64,000 nucleotides of DNA from Acidobacteriota bacterium (lineage in GTDB: Bacteria; Acidobacteriota; Terriglobia; Terriglobales; Acidobacteriaceae): positions 65,902 through 129,901 of the forward strand of contig JAKAFB010000001.1 in assembly GCA_021818105.1 (NCBI GenBank). Direction: 5' to 3'. Of the stretch, positions 11,893-21,453 are shown piece after piece. Under the pieces are notes generated by a model. It saw nothing but the letters and a program-made list of their open reading frames with translations, was not told the DNA's origin and did not search any database. The position numbers were made by a program, and so were the translations under genes. The number at the start of each line of letters is the position of its first letter. Position 1 is the stretch's first letter.

Positions 11893-11933
11893 ATGCTTTT
11901 TCGGGGGAGGGGTATGCAGATCCTGTATAGCCC
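11893..11933 (-). promoter_or_regulatory. ICE box copy 1 (upstream of integrase operon)
   Basis: Minus strand ATCTGCATACCCCTCCCCCGAAAAAGCAT (11921-11893); 26/29 identical to 13241-13269. Confidence 0.65.
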
Positions 11934-12230
11934 CCGCTTTCCGGTATAAGCGGCTTCTTTCCAGAGGTTTACTTGTCGAAGTTCGCTCCTGTACACGCTG
12001 CGGCACCACACGCCACTCCGATTTCGAATGCGCTGGCGAACGTCATGCTGACCTGGACCTGCAGCAGAATGATCCCCCTTGTCCTGCGTGATTTCTCAGG
12101 CACCGCGAGAGAAAGGCAGGCTGCGCCCGGCGGCGGGAAGATTCTGCTTCGCATAGGCCAGCAGGACACAACAATTCAAGAAAGTGAGCCTGGCCATGCG
12201 CCCTGCGGATTTCGGCTCCCCCTGAAGGTC

Positions 12231-12245
12231 CCCCCGAAAAAGCAT
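12231..12245 (+). promoter_or_regulatory. ICE box partial copy 2 (upstream of the N6/N4 MTase)
   Basis: CCCCCGAAAAAGCAT, identical 15-mer to copy 1. Confidence 0.55.
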
Positions 12246-12332
12246 CTTCCCGCCTTGGGAGCAGCCATCTCTCGCGCCCTCCGGGAGTATGCCCCGAGAG
12301 ATCACTCCGGGAGCACAAAGGAGATCAGAGTC

Positions 12333-13067
12333 ATGCAGGTTACGAATCCAACTCAGCGTACATTCTTCAACCGCATCCTTCAGGGCGACTGTATCGAGAT
12401 CATGCGCCAGATGCCCGCAAACAGCGTGGATTTCATCCTCACCGATCCACCGTATCTCGTAAACTTCCGCGACCGCACAGGACGCACGCTGCAGAACGAC
12501 ACCAACGCAGACTGGCTCAGACCGGCGATGAAGGAGGCATGCCGGGTGCTCAATAACAATCGTTTGATGTTGTGCTTCTACGGCTGGCCGCGTGCGGAGA
12601 AGTTTCTGGAAGCATGGCGTGAAGCGGGTTTCCGGCCCGTTGGGCACCTGGTGTTCCGCAAATCCTACACGACGAAGGCGACCGAGTTTCTCAAGTATCA
12701 GCATGAGCAGGCGTACCTGCTGGCCAAGGGCCGTCCGGCGATGATTGGCGGGCCAGTCGCAGATGTGCAGCGGTTACTCTACACCGGCAATAAGCTCCAT
12801 CCCACGCAGAAAGCTGTCATGTCGCTGATACCGATCATCCGCGCATACTCGCTTCCCGGTGATGTGGTGCTGGATGCGTTCTGTGGCAGCGGCTCAACCT
12901 GTGCAGCTGCGCTGCTCACGGGCCGCAGGTACATCGGCATCGAATTGGACAACGATTACCAGAGCGCGGCAAGCGAGAGAATGACCAGGATCAGGGAGAG
13001 AATCGCAAGACGGTCCTCTCCTTCCTTCCCGACCGAGTGCATTGTATCCACACCGCGGCGCGCGTAA
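12333..13067 (+). CDS. Orphan DNA N6-adenine/N4-cytosine methyltransferase (beta class)
   Basis: ILQGDCIEIM, ILTDPPY (motif IV), HPTQK, VLDAFCGSGST (motif I), YIGIELD; ATG at 12333. Confidence 0.92.
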   Translation: MQVTNPTQRTFFNRILQGDCIEIMRQMPANSVDFILTDPPYLVNFRDRTGRTLQNDTNADWLRPAMKEACRVLNNNRLMLCFYGWPRAEKFLEAWREAGFRPVGHLVFRKSYTTKATEFLKYQHEQAYLLAKGRPAMIGGPVADVQRLLYTGNKLHPTQKAVMSLIPIIRAYSLPGDVVLDAFCGSGSTCAAALLTGRRYIGIELDNDYQSAASERMTRIRERIARRSSPSFPTECIVSTPRRA

Positions 13068-13227
13068 AGGCGAGCCATCTCCTGAGTTGTTGTCCTCGCC
13101 GCCTTGACTCGCGCCACGGCGTGGTTTTTCTTTGCTGGCCATGTCGGGAAGGAATGGTTTGGCAGCTCCTCGACTGCCATTCAGAGCGTTTCCACTCTGC
13201 CTTCGCAGCCCTGCCAGCGCGAAGTTC

Positions 13228-13269
13228 GAGGGTATGCGGAATCTGCATACCCCACCCCTCAAAAAGCAT
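13228..13269 (+). promoter_or_regulatory. ICE box copy 3 (upstream of T4SS operon) with palindrome GGGTATGC-N7-GCATACCC
   Basis: ATCTGCATACCCCACCCCTCAAAAAGCAT at 13241-13269; 8-bp inverted repeat at 13229-13251. Confidence 0.65.
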
Positions 13270-13352
13270 TGGACGGTGATTTCACCAGCTCCTACATTCG
13301 CTCCACATCCTTACTACCGGCGCTCACCGGAATACGCGAATGAGGAGTATCT

Positions 13353-13682
13353 ATGCAGAACACACTTCCAACCAAACCGGCCCTGTGGCGACGGCACATT
13401 CCCGCCGGCAGATTGACCATCCCCGCCCTGTTGCTTCTTGCCGCTGCACCTGTGTATGCGCAGGCTGCAGGCGGAAGCCCATGGGAGAACGCGGTCCAGG
13501 TGCTGGAACAGGCGTTCACGGGACCAATTGCCACCGGCCTCAGCCTGGTCGCCATTGTTGTGGGCGGCCTGATGTTTGCCTACGGCGAAGGCCAGTCCAA
13601 GCGCATGCTCGCCGGGATCATCTTCGGCATCGGCATGGCCGTGGGCGCGGTGAACTTTATGGCTTGGCTTTTTCCGGGGTAA
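13353..13682 (+). CDS. virB2: TrbC/VirB2 family pilin
   Basis: AYAQ-like signal then GGSPWENAVQVL...GPIATGLSLVAIVVGGLMFAYGE. Confidence 0.9.
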   Translation: MQNTLPTKPALWRRHIPAGRLTIPALLLLAAAPVYAQAAGGSPWENAVQVLEQAFTGPIATGLSLVAIVVGGLMFAYGEGQSKRMLAGIIFGIGMAVGAVNFMAWLFPG

Positions 13683-13738
13683 TCGACGGCAGGTCCCACC
13701 ACAACCCAATCACCCGATAGGCGGAAAGGAGGTTCGAG

Positions 13739-14062
13739 GTGTCAGAGGGCGGCTCACAACGTGGTGCACGCAGAAACAAGGTTTTCAAAGCGATGAACCG
13801 CCCGCTGACCGTTCTCGGTGCGGAGAGGCGATTGTTCTTTGTGGCGCTAATCGCGGGAGGCGCGGTCTTTTCGCTCATGCACTCGCTGGTCGGCGGCATC
13901 GTGCTGTTCATCGTGGGCGTCGCCATCGCCCGCATTGCGACGAAGCACGACGTGGAGATTCTGCGCGTGCTCTTCAACTCCGGCAAGTTCTGCCGCCGTT
14001 ATGACCCCATGAAGCCCGATGCGCTGGAGATCGCCGTCAGGAGGCGCGATGGTCAGAGTTGA
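13739..14062 (+). CDS. virB3: VirB3/TrbD family T4SS protein
   Basis: VFKAMNRPLTVLGAER, two TM helices, position between VirB2 and VirB4; AGGAGG RBS. Confidence 0.85.
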   Translation: MSEGGSQRGARRNKVFKAMNRPLTVLGAERRLFFVALIAGGAVFSLMHSLVGGIVLFIVGVAIARIATKHDVEILRVLFNSGKFCRRYDPMKPDALEIAVRRRDGQS

Positions 14063-16523
14063 TGCCATTAGAAAGGACTGGAAAGAAGCTGGCTCGTTTC
14101 CCGCACAGGTCAATCTATACGGGTTCTGGGACGAACACACTTTCCTGACCAAATCCGGCGACCTCGGCAGGGTGCTGAAGATCGGCGGCACCGACTACGA
14201 GAGCCTCGATCACGCCGGCAGGAATTATGCGGTCAAGCGCCTCGAAGCCGCCCTGCGCTCACTCGATGACAGGTGCCGCCTCTACCAAATCCTGTTCAAG
14301 CACAACCGGCCCGCAATACCCCATGCCGAGTATGACAGCCCGCTGGTCCGCGCTGCCGTGGAGCAGCGCGCGGCCTTTCTTCAGTCCAAAGCCGACCACC
14401 TATATTCCATCGAAATTGTTTGGGCAGTGATGGTCGATGGCAGCTATGCGAAGACCGGCCTGCTACACGCGCTCGGACAGTTGCCGAAACAGCCCGCCGC
14501 GTCGCTCGGCGACCTGCGCTCCCTGCTCTCCGGTAACAAGGAACGGACTCTGATCTATGAGCAGATCGAGCGCGACCGCCTGCGGTTGCAACAGAAAATC
14601 CAGAGTTTGAGTGGGCAGTTGAACGACCTGATGACGGTCGAACTGCCAGGGGCGGAAGAGACATTCCGCATACTGCGCCGTCTCGTGAACTTCCGCCCCT
14701 CGAAGATTCAGGATGCGAGGCTGTATAGCGCGCGGCGCATCGATTACCAGCTATGCGACTCGGAGCTTGAAGCGCATCGCGGCTACCTGCGCATGGACGA
14801 CGACTACCTGCGCGTGCTCACGCTGAAAGAGCTTCCGTCTGAGACGCGGCCTCTGCTGTTGCAGGGGCTGTTCGACATTCCCGCGAATTTTCACGTTGTG
14901 ACCGAGTGGCACCCGGTAGACAACGCCAGGGCGCGGAAAGAGATTGCCAGCCGTCGCCGGCATCACCACAACTCCAAGACCAGCTTTGTCTCGAACCTTC
15001 AGGACCGGCAGAATAGTGGGCCGAAAGACGAGCTGGTCGATGACTCGAAGGAGGCCGCGATCGCGGAACTGGGCGCGGCACTGACTGCGCTCGGTATGGA
15101 GAGCAAAAGCTTCGGCGAGTTCACTCTCTCGGTCGTGATCTACGACGAGGATCGCGGTAAGGTGGAACACGCCGTCGCTGAGTTCCAGAAACTGTTCACA
15201 CAGCATGACGGCTTGCTCTACGAAGAACGCTACAACCTGCTCAATGCCTTCTTTGCGACCATCCCAGGTAACCGACAGTTCAACCTGCGCAGGCAGTGGG
15301 CGCTCAATTCGAATTATGCCGACCTGTCGTTTCTCTTTACCATCGATAGCGGCAGCCAGTGGAACCCGCATCTGGAGCGGGAATACCTGCTGGCCCTCGA
15401 ATCGACGCACGGCACGCCGTATTTTTTGAACCTGCACTCCGGCGACGTGGCCCATGCGCTGCTGCTCGGCGCAACCGGGAGTGGCAAAAGCTTTTGCGTG
15501 GCCGCCACATTGCAGGCCGCGCAGAAATACGAGCCTCTGACCTTCATCTTCGATCTCGGCGGCAGCTACGAAACGCTGACACGCGTTTTTGGTGGAACCT
15601 ATCTCAACGTCGGCCTCAAAAATCCCGGCTTCACCATTAATCCGTTCTCGCTCGCAGCCACCAACGAGATCCGGAATTTTCTGTTTCTCTTCCTGCGCGT
15701 GCTGATCGAGTCCGGCGGACGCTATGAGCTGACGCCGGAAGACGAAAAGGCGCTGTTCGCCGCGATCGAGCGGGCTTACAAGCTGCCTGCAGCAATCCGG
15801 ACGCTGACCAATGTGGCGTCCATCCTCGGGCCCTTGGGGGAGCGGCTGCACCGCTGGACACAAGCGGGACAGTTCGGCCATCTCTTCGACAACGTGGAGG
15901 ACACGCTCTCATTCAGCCGGTTCCAAACCTTCAACTTCGATGGCTGGTCGGAGTACCCCGACGTGCTGGAGCCGTTGCTGTTCTATGTCCTTCAGCGCGC
16001 GTCGTCCGAGATTGAAAAACCCGCCAACACAGCCACCTTCAAGATGTTCGTGATCGACGAAGCGTGGATGTTTCTCAAGAACAAAACCATCCGCGACTGG
16101 ATTGTCCGGGCTGAGAAGACCTGGCGGAAAAAGAACGCCGCCATGATCCTGGCTACGCAGTCCGTGGTGGAACTGGCGGCCTCGGACTTGCTGCACATCG
16201 TCAACGAGTCCTGCCCGAACAAGATCTTCCTCGCCAATCCCAACATCGACCGCAGGCTGTACGCGGACATATTTCAGTTGAACGACACGCAGCTTGAGTT
16301 GCTGGAATCGCTCGTGCCCAAGCGCGAGCTGCTCGTGATCCAGCCACGCGGCACCAAGAAGCTGGTCTTGGACGTAGACGCCCTGACCTACTGGACCGCC
16401 ACCAACAACGCCCGCGACAACCTGCGCAGGCAGGACTATTTTTCTCGTTTTGGAGCAGAACAGGGGTTGCTCCAACTTGCCCACGGCTACCCCAATCCAA
16501 CCCACTCCGAGGTGATCCGATGA
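14049..16523 (+). CDS. virB4: VirB4/TrbE T4SS ATPase
   Basis: Walker A GATGSGKS, FIFDLGGSY, Walker B FVIDEAW, RKKNAAMILATQS. Confidence 0.95.
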   Translation: MVRVDAIRKDWKEAGSFPAQVNLYGFWDEHTFLTKSGDLGRVLKIGGTDYESLDHAGRNYAVKRLEAALRSLDDRCRLYQILFKHNRPAIPHAEYDSPLVRAAVEQRAAFLQSKADHLYSIEIVWAVMVDGSYAKTGLLHALGQLPKQPAASLGDLRSLLSGNKERTLIYEQIERDRLRLQQKIQSLSGQLNDLMTVELPGAEETFRILRRLVNFRPSKIQDARLYSARRIDYQLCDSELEAHRGYLRMDDDYLRVLTLKELPSETRPLLLQGLFDIPANFHVVTEWHPVDNARARKEIASRRRHHHNSKTSFVSNLQDRQNSGPKDELVDDSKEAAIAELGAALTALGMESKSFGEFTLSVVIYDEDRGKVEHAVAEFQKLFTQHDGLLYEERYNLLNAFFATIPGNRQFNLRRQWALNSNYADLSFLFTIDSGSQWNPHLEREYLLALESTHGTPYFLNLHSGDVAHALLLGATGSGKSFCVAATLQAAQKYEPLTFIFDLGGSYETLTRVFGGTYLNVGLKNPGFTINPFSLAATNEIRNFLFLFLRVLIESGGRYELTPEDEKALFAAIERAYKLPAAIRTLTNVASILGPLGERLHRWTQAGQFGHLFDNVEDTLSFSRFQTFNFDGWSEYPDVLEPLLFYVLQRASSEIEKPANTATFKMFVIDEAWMFLKNKTIRDWIVRAEKTWRKKNAAMILATQSVVELAASDLLHIVNESCPNKIFLANPNIDRRLYADIFQLNDTQLELLESLVPKRELLVIQPRGTKKLVLDVDALTYWTATNNARDNLRRQDYFSRFGAEQGLLQLAHGYPNPTHSEVIR

Positions 16524-17275
16524 ACCGCACGCCCATCTTGCCGCTCGTTCTTGGCCTGGTTGCGACCGTTGCCCACGGCCAGCAATCGGCCCGCATCGTC
16601 CATTACCACCAGAATGATATCGTGAGCATCCGCGCCCGGATGCACTACACCACGCTGATCGAATTGCCTGCGACCGAAAAGATCATGGAAGTCGCCACCG
16701 GCGATAAGGACTTCTGGATCATCGATGCGGTTGGTAATTATTGCTTTCTGCATCCCGCCCAGGCAGGCATTCACAGCGACTTGAATCTGATTACCGACAA
16801 GGGGAATGTCTATTCGTTCTTGCTGGATGACGACGAATCCGCCGAGCCAGATCTGAAGGTGGTCATCGAGCCGAGCGGCCCATCCTCTCTTGCCGCGGCC
16901 AATGGTGCGACAAAGTGGGTGCCTGCATCGGAAGTCACGTCCATTGAGGCACAGGCCAAGGCCATCGGCCAGCACGACGCCAATGCGGTCGAAACATTCC
17001 GCGCCAACTATCCGACTCAGAAATTGAAGTTCGATTACAGCTACAAGAACAAACCGCCGTTCAACGTTGCGGCCGTCTACCACGACGACAAATTCACTTA
17101 CATCAAGTCCTCCGCCTCTGAAAAGTTTGCCGTTTACGAAGTGAAAGACGGCAAACCCGACCTCATCAATTACCGGTTGCAGGACGACACCTACGTCATT
17201 CCCCAGGTGGTGGACAAAGGCTACCTCCAGATCGGCAAGCACAAGCTCACCTTCGAGCGGAAAGACGCCAGGTGA
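16520..17275 (+). CDS. virB9: VirB9/TrbG outer-membrane complex protein
   Basis: Signal peptide, YTTLIELPATEKI, NLITDKGNVYSF, VYHDDKFTYI; ATGA overlap. Confidence 0.88.
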   Translation: MNRTPILPLVLGLVATVAHGQQSARIVHYHQNDIVSIRARMHYTTLIELPATEKIMEVATGDKDFWIIDAVGNYCFLHPAQAGIHSDLNLITDKGNVYSFLLDDDESAEPDLKVVIEPSGPSSLAAANGATKWVPASEVTSIEAQAKAIGQHDANAVETFRANYPTQKLKFDYSYKNKPPFNVAAVYHDDKFTYIKSSASEKFAVYEVKDGKPDLINYRLQDDTYVIPQVVDKGYLQIGKHKLTFERKDAR

Positions 17276-18531
17276 GAACCATGCCGGAAGAGAGAACAAC
17301 TCCTGAAGTGAAAACAGAGGCGTCCTCGCCGGAGGTGCATCCGCCGAGCGCGACGCTCCGCGACAAGCGCGTGCTGCCCGAAGGCGTCGTGCCCAAACAG
17401 GCGCAGGCGTATGTGGTCGCCGGACTTGCGCTGTTGATTCTGATGGCTGTGCTGTTCTCGAAGAACCATGCGAGGACCGCGCCGAAGGAATTGGCGCCTC
17501 CTCCGGCCTCTGTGTCGAATGACATAAATCAGCAGCGGATTCACGAACTGGAGCAGGACTTGAGCGCCGACCAGCGCCAGATTCAGCAGCAGGCCCAGGC
17601 GCAGAAGTCCGGCGCGACGGCAGCGCCGGGAAGCGCAGCCTCTGCGGGTGGGACCGCTCAGACCAGCGATGTTAATCCTTCCGGACCGTCGCAGGCGCCT
17701 GCGCAGCCTCCCCGCGATCCGATTGCCGATGCGGAAAAGGCTCTGGCCTTCAAATCCCGGTTCGCTTCGAACCTCGTGAGTCCAGTTGAAGCGACACCTC
17801 CCGCCGCGACCGGCGCGAGCGCACAGCCGAATCCATCTCCCGCGAATCGCGCTCAGAGTTCACAGGGGCAGACTTCTGCTCCGCAGCCCGCCGATGCCGC
17901 CGGCAAACGCGCGCCCGAGGTCAACATCGACGCGGCACACGGCCGCCCCTATGTGATCTTCGAGGGCACGACCATCGATACTGTGCTGACCAACCGACTC
18001 GACGGCGAGTTCGCCGGGCCGGTCAAGGTGATGGTGACCAATCCCGTCTACAGCCGCGACGGCCAGCATGTGCTGATTCCAGCAGGAACCTTCCTTCTGG
18101 GCGACGTTCAGAAGATCTCGAACTTTGCTCAAAAGCGGCTGGCCGTGACCTTCCACCGCATGATCATGCCGGATGGATACTCGGTCGATCTCGACCAGTT
18201 CCACGGCCTCGACCAGATCGGCGACACCGGACTCAAAGATAAAGTCAACCACCATTATGTGCAGATTTTCGGAGCGTCGATTGCGCTGGGCGTGATCGCA
18301 GGCGCTGCCGAAGCCACCACCTACGGCAACGGTTATACCTTCAGCGGTCCCTCCATGTACGAGCAGGGAGTGGCGTCGAGCCTGTCGCAATCGAGTGCGG
18401 ACGTGCTTGACCGCTTCGTCAATATTCTGCCCACGATCACCATCCGCGAAGGCCACCGGATCAAGGTTTACATCACCCAGGACATGCTCCTGCCCGCCTA
18501 CGACGACCATGACATGCCGGGGGTGATGTGA
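17272..18531 (+). CDS. virB10: VirB10/TrbI
   Basis: N-terminal TM, Pro/Ala/Gln-rich linker, GTTIDTVLTNRLDG, RLAVTFHRMIMPDG, PTITIREG. Confidence 0.92.
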   Translation: MRTMPEERTTPEVKTEASSPEVHPPSATLRDKRVLPEGVVPKQAQAYVVAGLALLILMAVLFSKNHARTAPKELAPPPASVSNDINQQRIHELEQDLSADQRQIQQQAQAQKSGATAAPGSAASAGGTAQTSDVNPSGPSQAPAQPPRDPIADAEKALAFKSRFASNLVSPVEATPPAATGASAQPNPSPANRAQSSQGQTSAPQPADAAGKRAPEVNIDAAHGRPYVIFEGTTIDTVLTNRLDGEFAGPVKVMVTNPVYSRDGQHVLIPAGTFLLGDVQKISNFAQKRLAVTFHRMIMPDGYSVDLDQFHGLDQIGDTGLKDKVNHHYVQIFGASIALGVIAGAAEATTYGNGYTFSGPSMYEQGVASSLSQSSADVLDRFVNILPTITIREGHRIKVYITQDMLLPAYDDHDMPGVM

Positions 18532-18671
18532 TGCGCTTTGCTTTGCTCGCGCTTCTCGTGCTGGTGGCTGGCTGCGCCTCCCCAGCGCCACCGAAGAAGC
18601 CCTCACCCTATCGCTACACAACCAGCGCGCCGCTGCGTTTGCACGGCGCTCATCGAAAGGAAACCGAATGA
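18531..18671 (+). CDS. 46-aa lipoprotein (VirB7-like or entry-exclusion-like); below ORF-track cutoff
   Basis: MRFALLALLVLVAGC lipobox; TGATG overlap with virB10 and ATGA overlap with the next gene. Confidence 0.75.
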   Translation: MRFALLALLVLVAGCASPAPPKKPSPYRYTTSAPLRLHGAHRKETE

Positions 18672-19537
18672 AGCCCATGAAATTATTCGCTCCGATTTTC
18701 GCTCTCACTCTTGCGCTCGCACCTGCGGCGCACGCCCAGTTCGGCTCGGGCATCGTCTTCGACCCCACCCAGAGCGCTCACGCTATTGAACAGATCGAGC
18801 AGGGTTTTCAGCAACTCCAAACAGCGGAGCAGATCTACACCACTGCCTACCAGACGATGAATCAGGTCATCGCCGCCTACAACCTTGCTTACCAGATGTC
18901 GCGGATGCCGCAGAATCTCGCCAGCAGGTATCAGTCCGATTTTGCCATGTGGACGAATTTTTCGTCCGCCTCCGTCCCTGACACCTACGGCAACACCTCG
19001 GCGTGGCTCAACGCACTCGATCTCGGAAATTCCACGCGAGCCACGTCCGCCTATAACGCATCCGTCATTCCGCTCGAAAGTTATCCCGGCGGTGCTCTGT
19101 CGCAACAGGATGCCAACACCCAGGCGACCATCAAAAACCAATACGCCTCATCCGAACTCGGACAGGCCACGCTGACCAATTCGCTGTCGACGCTGGGAAC
19201 GATTCGTTCCGACTCCGAGACCTTTCAGCAGAAGCTCGCCAACCTCGAATCCGACACCTACTCGACCGACCCTACGCAGCAGACCTCGAACGCCCTGCTC
19301 GGCAAGATCAATTCCGCGACCATGCTTCAGATTCATTCGCAGCAGGATGCCAACCAGATCCTCGCTGCCGAGGCGGCGCAGCAGGCGCTCGATGAGAAAG
19401 ACCAACTGGACGAGCGCAATCGGCTCATCAACCAGTCGATCTACTTCCAGCAGAACTTTCCCACGCTGATCGAGAGCATGACCTCCGGCGTGAGCGATGC
19501 CATTCACTCCGTCTCCCTTTCAACGACAGGACACTGA
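18668..19537 (+). CDS. VirB5/TrbJ-like pilus-tip protein
   Basis: Signal AHAQ, GIVFDPT motif, Gln-rich helices; precedes VirB6. Confidence 0.75.
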   Translation: MKPMKLFAPIFALTLALAPAAHAQFGSGIVFDPTQSAHAIEQIEQGFQQLQTAEQIYTTAYQTMNQVIAAYNLAYQMSRMPQNLASRYQSDFAMWTNFSSASVPDTYGNTSAWLNALDLGNSTRATSAYNASVIPLESYPGGALSQQDANTQATIKNQYASSELGQATLTNSLSTLGTIRSDSETFQQKLANLESDTYSTDPTQQTSNALLGKINSATMLQIHSQQDANQILAAEAAQQALDEKDQLDERNRLINQSIYFQQNFPTLIESMTSGVSDAIHSVSLSTTGH

Positions 19538-19540
19538 ACC

Positions 19541-20365
19541 ATGCAGCCAAACCCCTTTGCCGCCTTAAACCAGGCGATCAGCCAACTGATTACCTCCAAC
19601 AGCGCCACATTGCAGGCCACGGGGCTCAACATCTTCCGTGGCCTGGCCGTGATCCTGATTACCTGGTTCGGCATCAAGTCCGCGCTCTCTGCCACGCAGG
19701 GGCACGGTGGCGGATTTCACTTCGCAAAGTTTGCCGACCTGATTCTGATGATCTCCTTTGGGTTGGGGATGCTGACGTATTACTCGTCGCCGATTCCAGG
19801 CGTGGGTTACAGCTTCTCGGACCTCGTGACGAAGGAAGCCCAGAACATCTCTAACCAGATCGAGTCCGACCAGACGCAGCAGATCGCCAACACCATCGTC
19901 AACGCGGAAGAGCAGCTCGGCGCGCCTCCAGGCAAGTACAGCATCCTCGAAGACCTGACCTACCTTCTGATCGCGGTGATTCTCGCCGCCATGGAAGCCG
20001 TGGCCTTCGCCGTCATTGCATACGGTCTGGTCGCCTCAGCGGTCTGCGTGCTGATCGGCCCGATGTTCATCCCATGGTTCATCGTGCCCAAGATGGACTG
20101 GCTCTTCTGGGGCTGGTTCAAGGCATTTATCGGCTTCAGCTTCTATCAGGTCATCGCTTCGGCCTTCATCTATGTCTTCGCCAAAGTGCTCACCGCGATG
20201 TTTCAGGTCATCGGCAAGATCAGCATCTCGAATGCGCTGACCGTCCTGCCCGTCCTCTTTATCACCCTTATGGTCTGCATCTACGGCCTGGTCAAGATAC
20301 CGGAACTGACGGGCGCGATTCTCAGTGGCCGCGCTGGAACCTGGGTCAACCCGATGGGGAGATAG
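19541..20365 (+). CDS. virB6: VirB6/TrbL inner-membrane protein
   Basis: Polytopic; IGPMFIPWFIVPKMDWLFWGW, KIPELTGAILSG. Confidence 0.88.
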   Translation: MQPNPFAALNQAISQLITSNSATLQATGLNIFRGLAVILITWFGIKSALSATQGHGGGFHFAKFADLILMISFGLGMLTYYSSPIPGVGYSFSDLVTKEAQNISNQIESDQTQQIANTIVNAEEQLGAPPGKYSILEDLTYLLIAVILAAMEAVAFAVIAYGLVASAVCVLIGPMFIPWFIVPKMDWLFWGWFKAFIGFSFYQVIASAFIYVFAKVLTAMFQVIGKISISNALTVLPVLFITLMVCIYGLVKIPELTGAILSGRAGTWVNPMGR

Positions 20366-20369
20366 CGTC

Positions 20370-21047
20370 ATGAAGAATACTTCGTTTCAAACGTCGGAAG
20401 CCGGACATAAATTCATCGAGCTATATGCGGAGCCTGTTGTCACCAATACATACCTGAAAATCGCGCTGCTGGTGCTCTCTGTCGTCGCAGTCGCCTTGTT
20501 TGCGTTCCTCTATCGAGCCGAGACCGCTGCCTCACGGCTGAAGCCGCTGGTCATCTCCATTTCGGACGTCGGGCGCGGCCAGGTGATGAACTATGACGAC
20601 TTCTCGAAGATCCCCGTAGACCGCGTGAGCAAGTATTATCTTGCCCGCTGGTGCCAGCTTTACTACGGACGCAATCACGCGACATTGCAGCGGGACTTCT
20701 CGCAGTCGCTCGATTTCTTTTCGAACCAGTTGCAGTCCGCCACTCTCCAGCGGGTGAACCAGCAGAAGACCTTGCAGACATTCCTGCTCGATCCGAGTGC
20801 GCTGGACGTGGACATCGAGATCGACGCCGTCAATCTCATCGATCTGCGCCAGCAGCCCTATAGCGCACAGATTCAGTTCGAGAAAATCTTCCGCTCGCCC
20901 GGCGACGGCCAGGAGCAGCGCCGCGAACGCTGGACCGCGAATGTTCTGTATAGCTTCCGCGATTCAGTACCGAACGCCATGCTGCTGACCAACCCGCTTG
21001 GTCTGGTCATCAGCTACGTCCACGAAGACCAGGCATTCGGGAGCTGA
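20370..21047 (+). CDS. virB8: VirB8/TrbF family protein
   Basis: Single TM followed by NTF2-like domain ending NPLGLVI. Confidence 0.88.
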   Translation: MKNTSFQTSEAGHKFIELYAEPVVTNTYLKIALLVLSVVAVALFAFLYRAETAASRLKPLVISISDVGRGQVMNYDDFSKIPVDRVSKYYLARWCQLYYGRNHATLQRDFSQSLDFFSNQLQSATLQRVNQQKTLQTFLLDPSALDVDIEIDAVNLIDLRQQPYSAQIQFEKIFRSPGDGQEQRRERWTANVLYSFRDSVPNAMLLTNPLGLVISYVHEDQAFGS

Positions 21048-21052
21048 GAACC

Positions 21053-21439
21053 ATGCGACCCAAGAAGCCCATCCTGCTCTACTGTGCCGACCGCGAATTA
21101 CTCTCCGCGACTGCGCTCGCACTGCGTCTCCATCCCTACGAAGTCACGGCTATCGAAGATAGCCGGAACGCTGCGGCGCTCATGATGGCAGGCAATACGG
21201 AGCTTGTCTGCGGCATTCTGATCCACGCACAGCAGGGCGATCCCGCAGGCAGGCTAATTCACCGCCTGCTCGAATCGGATTTGCACGTTCCACTTCTGCT
21301 GGTAGACCGCGCCGGCGATCTCGCGCCAGTCCGCTACGCGGACATGGTGCTCTATGGGCGCAACATCTCGATGACCCATATTCTTGGCGCCCTCAATGTG
21401 CTGTGCACACGAAAGCGCGGACCACGGAGTGCGGCATGA
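21053..21439 (+). CDS. Degenerate single-domain receiver (pseudo-response regulator) with basic RKRGPR tail
   Basis: CheY-like alpha/beta pattern MRPKKPILLYC...VPLLLVD...RKRGPR, lacking the acidic pocket, phospho-Asp and Lys. Confidence 0.6.
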   Translation: MRPKKPILLYCADRELLSATALALRLHPYEVTAIEDSRNAAALMMAGNTELVCGILIHAQQGDPAGRLIHRLLESDLHVPLLLVDRAGDLAPVRYADMVLYGRNISMTHILGALNVLCTRKRGPRSAA

Positions 21440-21453
21440 ACGATCCGATTCTT

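Noticed and set aside
11973-12332. 120-aa N-terminal extension of the amino-MTase in the ORF track
   Set aside because: The MTase fold starts just after ATG 12333, which has an AGGAG-type RBS; the upstream part contains the regulatory box.
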